Assembly: GCA_022821685.1 (NCBI GenBank)
Contig: JAJEDD010000014.1
Location: 109,604 to 173,603, forward strand
From: Acidimicrobiia bacterium
GTDB lineage: Bacteria > Actinomycetota > Acidimicrobiia > Acidimicrobiales > Aldehydirespiratoraceae
Reading direction: 5' to 3'
Length of the DNA: 64,000 nucleotides
In this document: positions 17,323 through 25,379 of the stretch, one piece after another
Layout: each line of letters begins with the position of its first letter
Numbering within the stretch: the first letter of the stretch is position 1
Made by a program: the position numbers and the translations under genes
The notes under the pieces: model-generated
Database searches by the model: none
Told to the model about the DNA's origin: nothing
What the model saw: only the letters and a program-made list of their open reading frames with translations

Positions 17323-17787
17323 ATGGGCCGGAATCGCTCGCCTACCCGCCCGGCCTCTAGCATGACGAGCGTGCACATCCCTCGGTGCCGCGTGGCGCAG
17401 GGCTGCCTGGCCGCGGCTGCGGCGGCAATGTTCCTGCCGTGGCAGACGGTCGCCGAACAGGGCGCCGACTCCCAGCTAGGGACCGGTTCCAGCGAGGGAC
17501 AGATCATCTTCATCGTCAGCTTGGTCATGATCGGGCTGATCCAGGTTGGCTGGCGACCGGCCTGGATTGGGGCTGGCTTCGTCGGCGCCATTACCGTGCG
17601 GGAGATTCTCGAACTGGCGGGAGACGATGCCGCCAGCCCCGCTATCGGTCTCTGGATCGCGACGATCGCCGCCGTCGCGGCCGTCGTGCTGCTGGTGTGG
17701 GACATGTTCGCCAATGTCTCGGCCCCCGACGACGACGGGCCGGAGGGGCGCGGACTGTCGGGACCGCTGGGCCGACGCCGGCGCTGA
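17323..17787 (+). CDS. hypothetical polytopic membrane protein
   Basis: 154 aa with 3-4 hydrophobic helices (IIFIVSLVMIGLIQV, WIGAGFVGAITV, LWIATIAAVAAVVLLVW). It ends 19 nt before tdm. The start is uncertain (17323, 17362 or 17428). Confidence 0.55.
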   Translation: MGRNRSPTRPASSMTSVHIPRCRVAQGCLAAAAAAMFLPWQTVAEQGADSQLGTGSSEGQIIFIVSLVMIGLIQVGWRPAWIGAGFVGAITVREILELAGDDAASPAIGLWIATIAAVAAVVLLVWDMFANVSAPDDDGPEGRGLSGPLGRRRR

Positions 17788-17806
17788 ACACGACGGGGAG
17801 GCGGCC

Positions 17807-20164
17807 ATGACGATGACTGCGCCGCCGTTGACATCGCTCGGACCGGGGGTGGAGCGCTATCGGGTGACCGGCGGCGGCGCCACCGTTGTGGCCCTCGACC
17901 CGGGCGATGAGTTGGAGATCGTCGATCCCGAGGGACGCCAGCGCTGCGAGCTGGTGGCCTTCGACGCCGACGGCCGACCCGACCCGAGCCTGCTCGGCCC
18001 GCCAGACGCCTCAGACGGCAGCCGGGGCCGGTCCGCCGAGGAGCCGGCCGCATTGGGCGTCCTCTCGGCCGAGGTCCATGACGCCCGCCGGGTGCGGGCC
18101 GGACTCGAGCGCGTCGGGATCGGCATGGAAGCGCTGCGGGCCGCCACTCCATGGAGGATCCTGAGCGACGAAACCGACCCCGGCACACGAGCACGAGCGG
18201 TGGCCCACGACAGCCTCACCTGTGTGATCGCGGCACCGGGCCGGCCGATGTCGGCCCACGGCGGCGAACCGCCCACCGACCTGATCGCCTACCTGCACCG
18301 CCAACACCCCGCCGACGGGGCCGAGCCGCGGCTGCCCGCGCCGCTGGCCGATCCCAGCCAGGACTTCATCGTGGCCCGCAGCACCGCTCGGGCCTACGAG
18401 GTGGCCAAGGGCGACTGGTTCCAGGTCGTCGACGTGGAGGGCCGGCAGTGCTCAGACTTCCAGTGCTTCGCGGCCGCCGACCTCGAAGCCGGTGCCGAGC
18501 TGTCGCTGGACGCCACCATCACCCGCACCCTCATGGGAGCAACCTGCCCCGCGCCCGGCCTCTACTCGAAGTTCTTCAACGCCAGGATGCAGCCCCTGGT
18601 GGAGGTGATCCAGGACACCGTGGGCCGCCACGACACGTTCAACACCGCCTGCAACGCCCGCTACTACGAGGAGCTCGGCTATCCGGGCCACATCAACTGC
18701 ACCGACAACATCAACGACGTGCTCGACCCCTACGGCGTGGCCCGCCGCCGGGGCTGGGAGGCCGTCAACTTCTTCTACAACACCAACCTCGACGACCACA
18801 ACCAGATCTACCTCGACGAGCCGTGGTCCCGACCGGGCGACTATGTGCTGCTGAGAGCCCTGGAAGACCTGGTGTGCGTGTCCACCGCCTGCCCCGACGA
18901 CATCGACGCGGCCAACGCCTGGAACCCGACCGACATCGCGGTGCGGGTCTATCCCTCCGCCAACCGGTTCAAGAAAGCGACGGCCATCCGCATGACCGCA
19001 GACTCCGAGCCCCAGCTGACCAAGGAGACCGGATTCCATCCCCGCACCTCCGCCGCGACCCGCAGCTTCAGCGAATACTGCGGCTACTGGCTGGCCGACC
19101 ACTACACGGCCCACGGCCCCATCGCCGAATATTGGGCCTGCCGGCAGGCCGCCGCGGCCATCGACCTCTCGCCGCTGCGCAAGTACGAGGTCACCGGCCC
19201 CGACGCCGAACAGCTGTTGCAGACCTGCGTCACCCGCAACGTGCGCAGGCTCACCGACGGCCAGGTGTCGTACACCGCGGTGTGCCACCACACCGGCGGC
19301 ATGATCGACGACGGCACCGTGTTCCGGCTCGGGCGCGAGAACTTCCGCTGGATCGGCGGCCAGCTCGGCTACAGCGGGGTGTGGCTGCGCGAGCAGGCTG
19401 AACGGCTCGGGCTGCGGGCCTGGGTGCGCAGCTCCACCGAGCAGCTCCACAACCTACAGGTGCAGGGACCCAACAGCCGCGGCATCCTCGAGCGGGCCAT
19501 CTGGACCCGCCCCGACCAGCCGACCATCGCCGAGCTGGGATGGTTCCGCTTCACCATCGCCCGCATCGGCGACTACGACGGCATTCCGCTGGTGGTGTCG
19601 CGCACCGGCTACACCGGCGAGCTGGGCTACGAGGTGTTCTGCCATCCCCGCGACGCGCCCGCGGTGTGGGACGCCGTCTTCGCCGCCGGCACCGACCACG
19701 GCCTGGTGCCCATGGGATTGGCCGCGCTCGACATCCTGCGCATCGAGGCCGGCCTCGTCTTCGCTGGCCACGAGTTCTGCGACCAGACCGACCCCTTCGA
19801 GGCCGGGATCGGCTTCACCGTGCCGCTCAAAACCAAGGAAGACGACTTCATCGGCCGCGAGGCCCTGCTGGCCCGCCGCGACAACCCGCAGCGGCGGCTG
19901 GTAGGCCTTGAGCTCGACGGGGGCGAGCCCGCCGCCCACGGCGACGGCGTGTACGCCGGGCGCAACCAGGTGGGCGTGGTCACCAGCGGCACGGTCTCGC
20001 CCATATTGCGCACGAACATAGCCCTGTGCCGCATGGCGGTCGAGCACGCCACCGCCGGCACTGCGGTGGAGGTCGGCAAGCTCGACGGCCACGAGAAGCG
20101 CATCGCGGCCACCGTGGTGCCCTACCCGTTCTACGACCCCGACAAGACCCGAGTCCGCAGCTAG
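17807..20164 (+). CDS. tdm: trimethylamine-N-oxide demethylase-type protein (DUF1989 domain + GcvT-like tetrahydrofolate-binding aminomethyltransferase domain)
   Basis: ATG 17807 follows GGGAGG. The track start at 17546 overlaps the upstream gene. The DUF1989-like region includes AYEVAKGDWFQVVDVEGRQCSDFQCF...NTACNARYYEELGYPGHINCTDN...DYVLLRALEDLVCVSTACPDD. The GcvT fold includes YEVTGPDAEQLL...GYTGELGYEVFC. The gene is adjacent to tmm. Confidence 0.85.
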   Translation: MTMTAPPLTSLGPGVERYRVTGGGATVVALDPGDELEIVDPEGRQRCELVAFDADGRPDPSLLGPPDASDGSRGRSAEEPAALGVLSAEVHDARRVRAGLERVGIGMEALRAATPWRILSDETDPGTRARAVAHDSLTCVIAAPGRPMSAHGGEPPTDLIAYLHRQHPADGAEPRLPAPLADPSQDFIVARSTARAYEVAKGDWFQVVDVEGRQCSDFQCFAAADLEAGAELSLDATITRTLMGATCPAPGLYSKFFNARMQPLVEVIQDTVGRHDTFNTACNARYYEELGYPGHINCTDNINDVLDPYGVARRRGWEAVNFFYNTNLDDHNQIYLDEPWSRPGDYVLLRALEDLVCVSTACPDDIDAANAWNPTDIAVRVYPSANRFKKATAIRMTADSEPQLTKETGFHPRTSAATRSFSEYCGYWLADHYTAHGPIAEYWACRQAAAAIDLSPLRKYEVTGPDAEQLLQTCVTRNVRRLTDGQVSYTAVCHHTGGMIDDGTVFRLGRENFRWIGGQLGYSGVWLREQAERLGLRAWVRSSTEQLHNLQVQGPNSRGILERAIWTRPDQPTIAELGWFRFTIARIGDYDGIPLVVSRTGYTGELGYEVFCHPRDAPAVWDAVFAAGTDHGLVPMGLAALDILRIEAGLVFAGHEFCDQTDPFEAGIGFTVPLKTKEDDFIGREALLARRDNPQRRLVGLELDGGEPAAHGDGVYAGRNQVGVVTSGTVSPILRTNIALCRMAVEHATAGTAVEVGKLDGHEKRIAATVVPYPFYDPDKTRVRS

Positions 20165-20246
20165 AGGATCGCCTGCGTCTTGCCAAGCAGCGCTCAGAGT
20201 TTTACTGTAGATATAGACATACCTAACCACAGGGGGGAATCCAGAC

Positions 20247-21578
20247 ATGACACGAGTGGCTGTCATCGGTGCCGGTCCGTGCGGCTTGTCGCAGCTCCAC
20301 GCCTTCGCCAGCGATCCGCAGAGCAGCGCCGAGGTCGTCTGCTACGAGAAGCAGGACGACTGGGGAGGGCTGTGGAACTACAGCTGGCGCACCGGCCTCG
20401 ACGAGCACGGCGAGCCCTGCCACGCCAGCATGTACCGCTATCTGTGGTCCAACGGGCCCAAGGAGTGCCTGGAGTTCGCCGACTACGGCTTCGAGGAGCA
20501 CTTCGGTCGCCCCATCGCCTCCTTCCCGCCCCGCGAAGTGCTCTACGACTACATCGTGGGCCGGGCGAACCGCAGCGGCTTCCGCGACCAGATCCGCTTC
20601 AACCATGCGGTGCGCCGGGTGAGCCGCAACTCCGGCGGCGGCTTCACGATTGCCGCCCACGACCTGGCCCGCGACTGCGACGTGAGCGACGACTACGACT
20701 ACGTGGTAGTCGCCTCGGGCCACTTCTCCACCCCGAACATGCCGCACTATCCGGGCTATGAGACCTTCGGCGGCACGCTCATGCACGCCCACGACTTCCG
20801 CGACGCGGCCCAGTTCGCGGGCCGCACCGTGCTGGTGATCGGGTCGAGCTACTCGGCTGAGGACGTGGCCTCGCAGTTGTGGAAGTACGGCGCCCGGTCG
20901 GTGGTCTGCTCCTCTCGCAGCGGCCCGATGGGCTTCGACTGGCCCGACGGCATCACCGAACGACCGATCCTGACCCACATCGAGGGCCGCACCGTCCATT
21001 TCGCCGACGGCACCACCGCCGACGTGGACGCCATCGTGTCATGCACCGGCTACTTGCACCACTTCCCGTTCATGGACGACGAGCTGCGGCTGGTGACCAC
21101 CAACCGGCTGGCCACGTCGGACCTGTACCGCGGCGTGGTGTTCGTGCCCGACAACCGGGTCATGTATCTGGGGATGCAGGACCAGTGGTACACGTTCAAC
21201 ATGTTCGACGCTCAGGCCTGGTACGCCCGCGACGTGATCCTGGGCCGCATCGAGCTGCCCGACGCCGCCGAGCAGGCCCGCTGGGTGAGCGAGTACCAGG
21301 CTCTCGAAGACCAGGTGGCCGACGACTACGGCCTGATCGACTTCCAGGGCGCCTACACCCAGGATCTGGTGGATCAGACCGACTATCCCGATTTCAACAC
21401 GCCGCTGGTCAACAAGATGTTCAAGGACTGGAAGAAGCACAAGAAGCAGTCGATCATCGGCTACCGCGACAACGGCCACACCTCGCCGCTGACCGGCACG
21501 GTGGCCCCGATCCACCACACCGCCTGGTCCGAAGCCCTAGACGACTCCCTGGAGTCCTACCTGGCCGACTCCGCCTAA
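20247..21578 (+). CDS. tmm: flavin-containing monooxygenase, trimethylamine monooxygenase type
   Basis: 443 aa. Motifs present are the FAD motif VAVIGAGPCGLS, then WGGLWNYSWRTG, SGHFSTPNMPHYPGYETFGGTLMHAHDFRD, and the NADPH motif VLVIGSSYSAEDV. This closely matches the bacterial Tmm pattern as I remember it. Confidence 0.9.
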   Translation: MTRVAVIGAGPCGLSQLHAFASDPQSSAEVVCYEKQDDWGGLWNYSWRTGLDEHGEPCHASMYRYLWSNGPKECLEFADYGFEEHFGRPIASFPPREVLYDYIVGRANRSGFRDQIRFNHAVRRVSRNSGGGFTIAAHDLARDCDVSDDYDYVVVASGHFSTPNMPHYPGYETFGGTLMHAHDFRDAAQFAGRTVLVIGSSYSAEDVASQLWKYGARSVVCSSRSGPMGFDWPDGITERPILTHIEGRTVHFADGTTADVDAIVSCTGYLHHFPFMDDELRLVTTNRLATSDLYRGVVFVPDNRVMYLGMQDQWYTFNMFDAQAWYARDVILGRIELPDAAEQARWVSEYQALEDQVADDYGLIDFQGAYTQDLVDQTDYPDFNTPLVNKMFKDWKKHKKQSIIGYRDNGHTSPLTGTVAPIHHTAWSEALDDSLESYLADSA

Positions 21579-21601
21579 CGACCGGCCAGCTTGCAGGTCT
21601 G

Positions 21602-22411
21602 TCAGCCTGATTTCAGGTGGGGGCGCAGCCAGTCGAGGGTTGTCTGGTTGAACTCTTGGGAGTTCTCCATTGTCACTAGGTGGCCGCAGCCCTCGAAGAT
21701 CACCAGCTCAGACCCGTCGATGGCCGCGTGGAGCTCCTGCGAGCACGACACGGGCAGCACATAGTCGAGATCACCGACCGTTATGAGCGTGGGCGCCTTC
21801 ACCCGACCGGCCTCGGCGCTCAGGTCGTAGCTGAGATTGGCCTCGATCTGCCCGAGCAGCCCTTCCTTGGTGGCGGAGTGGGCCTGCATGTGGGCCAGGA
21901 TCTTCATGAGGTGATCGAAGTTGTCCATCATGAACGAGCAGCTGAACAGCAGCGGCAGGGTCGCCTCGTAGTAGAAGTCGGTACCCCCGGTAACCAGGAA
22001 CTTCTTGAGCAGACCCAGCGAGTAAGCGGTGAAGCCCCTGGTGGCCAGCCAGCTTGAGTGCAGCTGCAGCGTCAACACTCGGGCCGGGGCATAGACGGCC
22101 AGGTGCAGCCCGATGGCTCCTCCCAGCGAGGAGCCTGAGACGTGGGCGGCGTCGATGCCGATCTCGTCCATGACTGCGAGGGTGTCGCCGGCCATCTGCG
22201 CCACCGTGTAGGGAGCCGGGGTGCTGTCACTGCGGCCCACGCCGCGCCCATCGAAGATCACGCACGGAACCTCCGGCGAGTAGGCCTCCACCTGGGGCAT
22301 CCAACGGGTTCCGTCGGCTCCGGTGCCGCGAATCAGCACCAGGGGCGGGCCCGAACCCGCGCCGTGCTGCTCGAAATAGATCTGCGCGTCGTTGGAAGTT
22401 GCGTAGGGCAT
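21602..22411 (-). CDS. alpha/beta-fold hydrolase
   Basis: 269 aa. The nucleophile elbow is HVSGSSLGGAIG and the C-terminal His is in GCGHLV. Confidence 0.85.
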   Translation of the reverse strand: MPYATSNDAQIYFEQHGAGSGPPLVLIRGTGADGTRWMPQVEAYSPEVPCVIFDGRGVGRSDSTPAPYTVAQMAGDTLAVMDEIGIDAAHVSGSSLGGAIGLHLAVYAPARVLTLQLHSSWLATRGFTAYSLGLLKKFLVTGGTDFYYEATLPLLFSCSFMMDNFDHLMKILAHMQAHSATKEGLLGQIEANLSYDLSAEAGRVKAPTLITVGDLDYVLPVSCSQELHAAIDGSELVIFEGCGHLVTMENSQEFNQTTLDWLRPHLKSG

Positions 22412-22422
22412 GGTTGGACTCC

Positions 22423-23865
22423 CTATCCGCCTGCCGTCTCAACCGGCAAGTCCGGGAAGGCTGCCGGAAGCGACCCGGCGGCCCCGGCGAGGGCCGACCC
22501 GCTCTCCACCGCCGTGGCCTCCTGCCAGCGTCCGGCCATCAGCTGAACGCCCACCGGAAGTCCGTCTGCATCAACACCAGCGGGCACCACGCTGGTGGGA
22601 AGCCCCGTGACGTTGTTGGGCACCGTGAAGATCATCACTGCGTCGCGCAGCGGTCTTGTCTGACCGTTCCAGATTGTGCTGTCGCTGTTGTCGACGCGGC
22701 TCGGCCCGACCCCCGACACCGGGCTCAGAATGACGTCGACGTTCTGCAGGCTCCGCTCGAACTCGGCCACGATGCGGCGACGCTGCTCGACCGCAGTCAG
22801 GTAGTCGCCGATCGACACGTCGGCAGCCAGCGCGAGCCGGGCCCGCACGTCGGCGCCGTAGTCGTCGGCCCGCTGCGGATACAGCCCCATCGATCGGTGG
22901 TGTACGTGGTAGGCCTCCGCCATCTGGAGAGGCACGAACGTCGCCAGGATCGACTCGGCATCGGGCAGGGCGACCTCGACGACCTCAGCGCCCAGTGCCA
23001 CCAGGTGAGCTGCCGCGGCGTCGAACACGGCCTGAATGGGCGGGTCCAGCCCGACCGCGGCGAGGCCGGCGGAGATGCCGACCCGGATCCCGTCAAGCGA
23101 ACTGAGTGCCGCCGCGGCCGCCGTTGCGGGCTGTTGCGGCGGGCAGGCCGGATCGATGCCGTCGGCGCCGCTCATGGCGTCCACCACCAAGGCGGCGTCG
23201 GTGACCGTGCGGCCCAGTGCTCCCGCCGTGTCGAACGACGGCGCCAACGCCACGCCACCGGTGCGGCTGATGCGCCCGAAGGTGGGCTTGAGACCGGCCA
23301 CCCCGCAGAAGCTGGCCGGGATCCGGATCGAGCCTCCCGTGTCGCTGCCGACAGCTGCCGGCACCATTCCAGACGCGACCGCGGCCCCGGATCCGCCGCT
23401 GGACCCGCCGGGAATGCGGTCGAGATTCCAGGGATTGCGAGTGCTGGCCCGGCGCTCGTGCTGGGTGGTGATGCCCCATCCGAACTCATGGGAGCGGGTG
23501 GTCCCCACAATCAGCGCACCGCGGTTGCGGAGCCGGCGGACCAACTCGGCGTCGGCGGTCGCCACCCGGCCCGACAGCGCATCGGATCCATAATCGGCGG
23601 GAGCGCCCTCAACGTCGAACAGTTCCTTCACCGCCACCGGAACCCCGTGGAGCGGCCCACGGCTTTCGCCTCGAAGGAGTTCGGATTCGAGGCGGCGCGC
23701 CGCGGCATTCGCAGTCTCGTCGAGCACGCAGGCGAACGCTCCAACCGCGCCGTCCACCGCTTGTATGCGCTCAAGCGAGGACTCGAGCACCTCTACCGGG
23801 CTGGCTCGGCGGGACTCATAGAGTTGGGCGAGAGCGCGGACCGGCAGCTCCCAAAGCTCGGTCAT
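22423..23865 (-). CDS. amidase (amidase-signature family)
   Basis: The AS signature is GGSSGGSGAAVASGMVPAAVGSDTGGSIRIPASFCGVAGLKPTFGRIS. Confidence 0.92.
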   Translation of the reverse strand: MTELWELPVRALAQLYESRRASPVEVLESSLERIQAVDGAVGAFACVLDETANAAARRLESELLRGESRGPLHGVPVAVKELFDVEGAPADYGSDALSGRVATADAELVRRLRNRGALIVGTTRSHEFGWGITTQHERRASTRNPWNLDRIPGGSSGGSGAAVASGMVPAAVGSDTGGSIRIPASFCGVAGLKPTFGRISRTGGVALAPSFDTAGALGRTVTDAALVVDAMSGADGIDPACPPQQPATAAAAALSSLDGIRVGISAGLAAVGLDPPIQAVFDAAAAHLVALGAEVVEVALPDAESILATFVPLQMAEAYHVHHRSMGLYPQRADDYGADVRARLALAADVSIGDYLTAVEQRRRIVAEFERSLQNVDVILSPVSGVGPSRVDNSDSTIWNGQTRPLRDAVMIFTVPNNVTGLPTSVVPAGVDADGLPVGVQLMAGRWQEATAVESGSALAGAAGSLPAAFPDLPVETAGG

Positions 23866-24266
23866 CGATCAGGCAGGATCGTCGGCACGGCCAGGTAGCC
23901 GGCCTTCGCCAGCGACGGAGCACCTCCGAGGATCCACAGAATGACCATCAGCTCGTCGGGATCGGCGCCCGCGGAGTGCGCCGCGTTGGCGGGAATGAAG
24001 ACGATGTCTCCGGGGCCGATGTCGTAGAACTCCGATCCGACCCGGTGCCAGCCCCGGCCCGACATGACAATCACCACTTCTTCCGCGTCGGGGTGGAGAT
24101 GGTGTTCGTGAGTGCTCCCAGGCGGATAGATGGTCTGGCCCACCATCGTCCGCTCCGATCCATGGCGCTCCTCAGAAATCAGCGTCCGCACATCGAGATG
24201 CGCGAAGGCGGTTCCCGACCAGTCATCGGGCTCTGTCGTGTCCGCTCGAACCACTTGCTCAGCCAA
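23862..24266 (-). CDS. cupin domain protein
   Basis: 134 aa. The cupin His motifs are STHEHHLHPDAEEVVIVMSGRG ... IPANAAHS. There is a 4-nt overlap with the amidase start. Confidence 0.8.
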   Translation of the reverse strand: MAEQVVRADTTEPDDWSGTAFAHLDVRTLISEERHGSERTMVGQTIYPPGSTHEHHLHPDAEEVVIVMSGRGWHRVGSEFYDIGPGDIVFIPANAAHSAGADPDELMVILWILGGAPSLAKAGYLAVPTILPDR

Positions 24267-24339
24267 GTTCTCCCCCGTCTCGGATCGTGGATGCGGTCGG
24301 ACCCGACATCCTGCGCCAACAGTTGCGAAAGTTACCCCA

Positions 24340-24472
24340 AGAGGCCGAGCGAATAGGGAAGCGAGTCAGTCTCATACGGGCGAGGCCGTGGCCCGAGCGG
24401 CCCGTGAGCGCAGCGAACAAGAGCGGGAATGACACCGCTGCCGCCCGCGGGACTTGCCATCAATCCGCGCAT
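24340..24472 (+). repeat. intergenic repeat element, copy A
   Basis: The 62-bp core GCGAGGCCGTGGCCCGAGCGGCCCGTGAGCGCAGCGAACAAGAGCGGGAATGACACCGCTGC (24380-24441) is identical to 46332-46393. The flanks AGAGGCCGAGCGRATAG and CAATCCGCGCAT are shared too. Confidence 0.8.
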
Positions 24473-24477
24473 ACCCT

Positions 24478-25347
24478 ATGGGGGTGCCTGGAGCGGCGGC
24501 CCGGAACGAGCCCCTGAGCGGGCCGGAGATTCTCGAGTTCTACGAGTCCGGGTTCCTGTGCCCGGGCCGCGTCTTCGGCGACAACGAGATCAGCGTTCTT
24601 CGCGGCCTGGTCGCTTCAGTGGAGGACCGAGAACGCAACGAGGGGCGGGTCTATGACCTGCTCGATCCCGACCTTTGGCCCGACGTCGACGAACCCCGGC
24701 CCGAGGGGGCCGGCCCGGTGGAGTTCCTGTTCAATCTTTGGCGAGTCGAGCCCGAGATCCGGCCCTTCGTGTTCAATCCGATCCTGGCTCGCTGGGCCTC
24801 GCAACTCATCGGCGCCAGCAGGGTGCGCCTGCTTGAGGACAATGCTCTCAGCAAAGCCCCGCGGTCGGGGGGCGAGCTGAAATGGCATCAGGACTTTCCC
24901 TACTGGCCGCTGGCGCAGCCCAACGCAGTGACCGCGTGGGTCGCCCTCGACGACACCGACGCCGCCAACGGCGCCATGCACATGGCCGTCGGCAGCCACC
25001 TCACCGGGGAGCGCCTGCCCTCGGTCTTCGGCACCGGCACGCCGTACCTGCGAGATCAGCGGCCCGCCGCCGTCAGGCCCATCGAGGATCCCGCCGCCCT
25101 GAACTTCGACGTGCGGACCCTCACCCTCGCCGCGGGCGAGGTGTCGTTTCACTCGTCGCTGGTGTGGCACGCGTCGGGAGCGAACCAGACCGACCAGCCC
25201 AGACGGGCCCTCGTGGTGCGTTTCGTGGGAGACGGAACCATCTGGCTCGGATCGCAGCGATACGAGTACAACTACAGTGACGCCGAGGTCGGACTGCGGG
25301 CCGGAGAGCCCATAGGGGGCGAATACTTCCCGCCCATCCCGTTCTGA
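24478..25347 (+). CDS. phytanoyl-CoA dioxygenase (PhyH) family Fe(II)/2-oxoglutarate oxygenase
   Basis: WHQDFPYWP (H-x-D) and HSSLVWHASGAN are PhyH-type motifs. I chose ATG 24478. The track form starts at TTG 24454 inside the repeat element, so the start is uncertain. Confidence 0.82.
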   Translation: MGVPGAAARNEPLSGPEILEFYESGFLCPGRVFGDNEISVLRGLVASVEDRERNEGRVYDLLDPDLWPDVDEPRPEGAGPVEFLFNLWRVEPEIRPFVFNPILARWASQLIGASRVRLLEDNALSKAPRSGGELKWHQDFPYWPLAQPNAVTAWVALDDTDAANGAMHMAVGSHLTGERLPSVFGTGTPYLRDQRPAAVRPIEDPAALNFDVRTLTLAAGEVSFHSSLVWHASGANQTDQPRRALVVRFVGDGTIWLGSQRYEYNYSDAEVGLRAGEPIGGEYFPPIPF

Positions 25348-25379
25348 CAGAGCGGGAGCCACGTCGAGAAGGAGCAACG

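Noticed and set aside
17546-17806. N-terminal extensions proposed by the longest-ORF track. Affected genes are tdm (17546), hyuA (12797), the histidine kinase (40604), the FAD oxidoreductase (36579), mgsB (49341), gmaS (51587), the TRAP SBP (55965), the LivK-type SBP (63927) and the HEPN-like gene (7364).
   Set aside because: The extensions overlap the upstream gene, have junk-like composition, and lie before internal ATG/GTG codons that carry SD sequences and canonical family N-termini.
20201-20224. Interpreting TTTACT / TAGATA in the shared AT-rich motif as simple -35/-10 hexamers.
   Set aside because: The spacing between the candidate hexamers is 5-13 nt, which does not fit a 16-18-nt sigma-70-type spacer. 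It is left as an unassigned regulatory motif.
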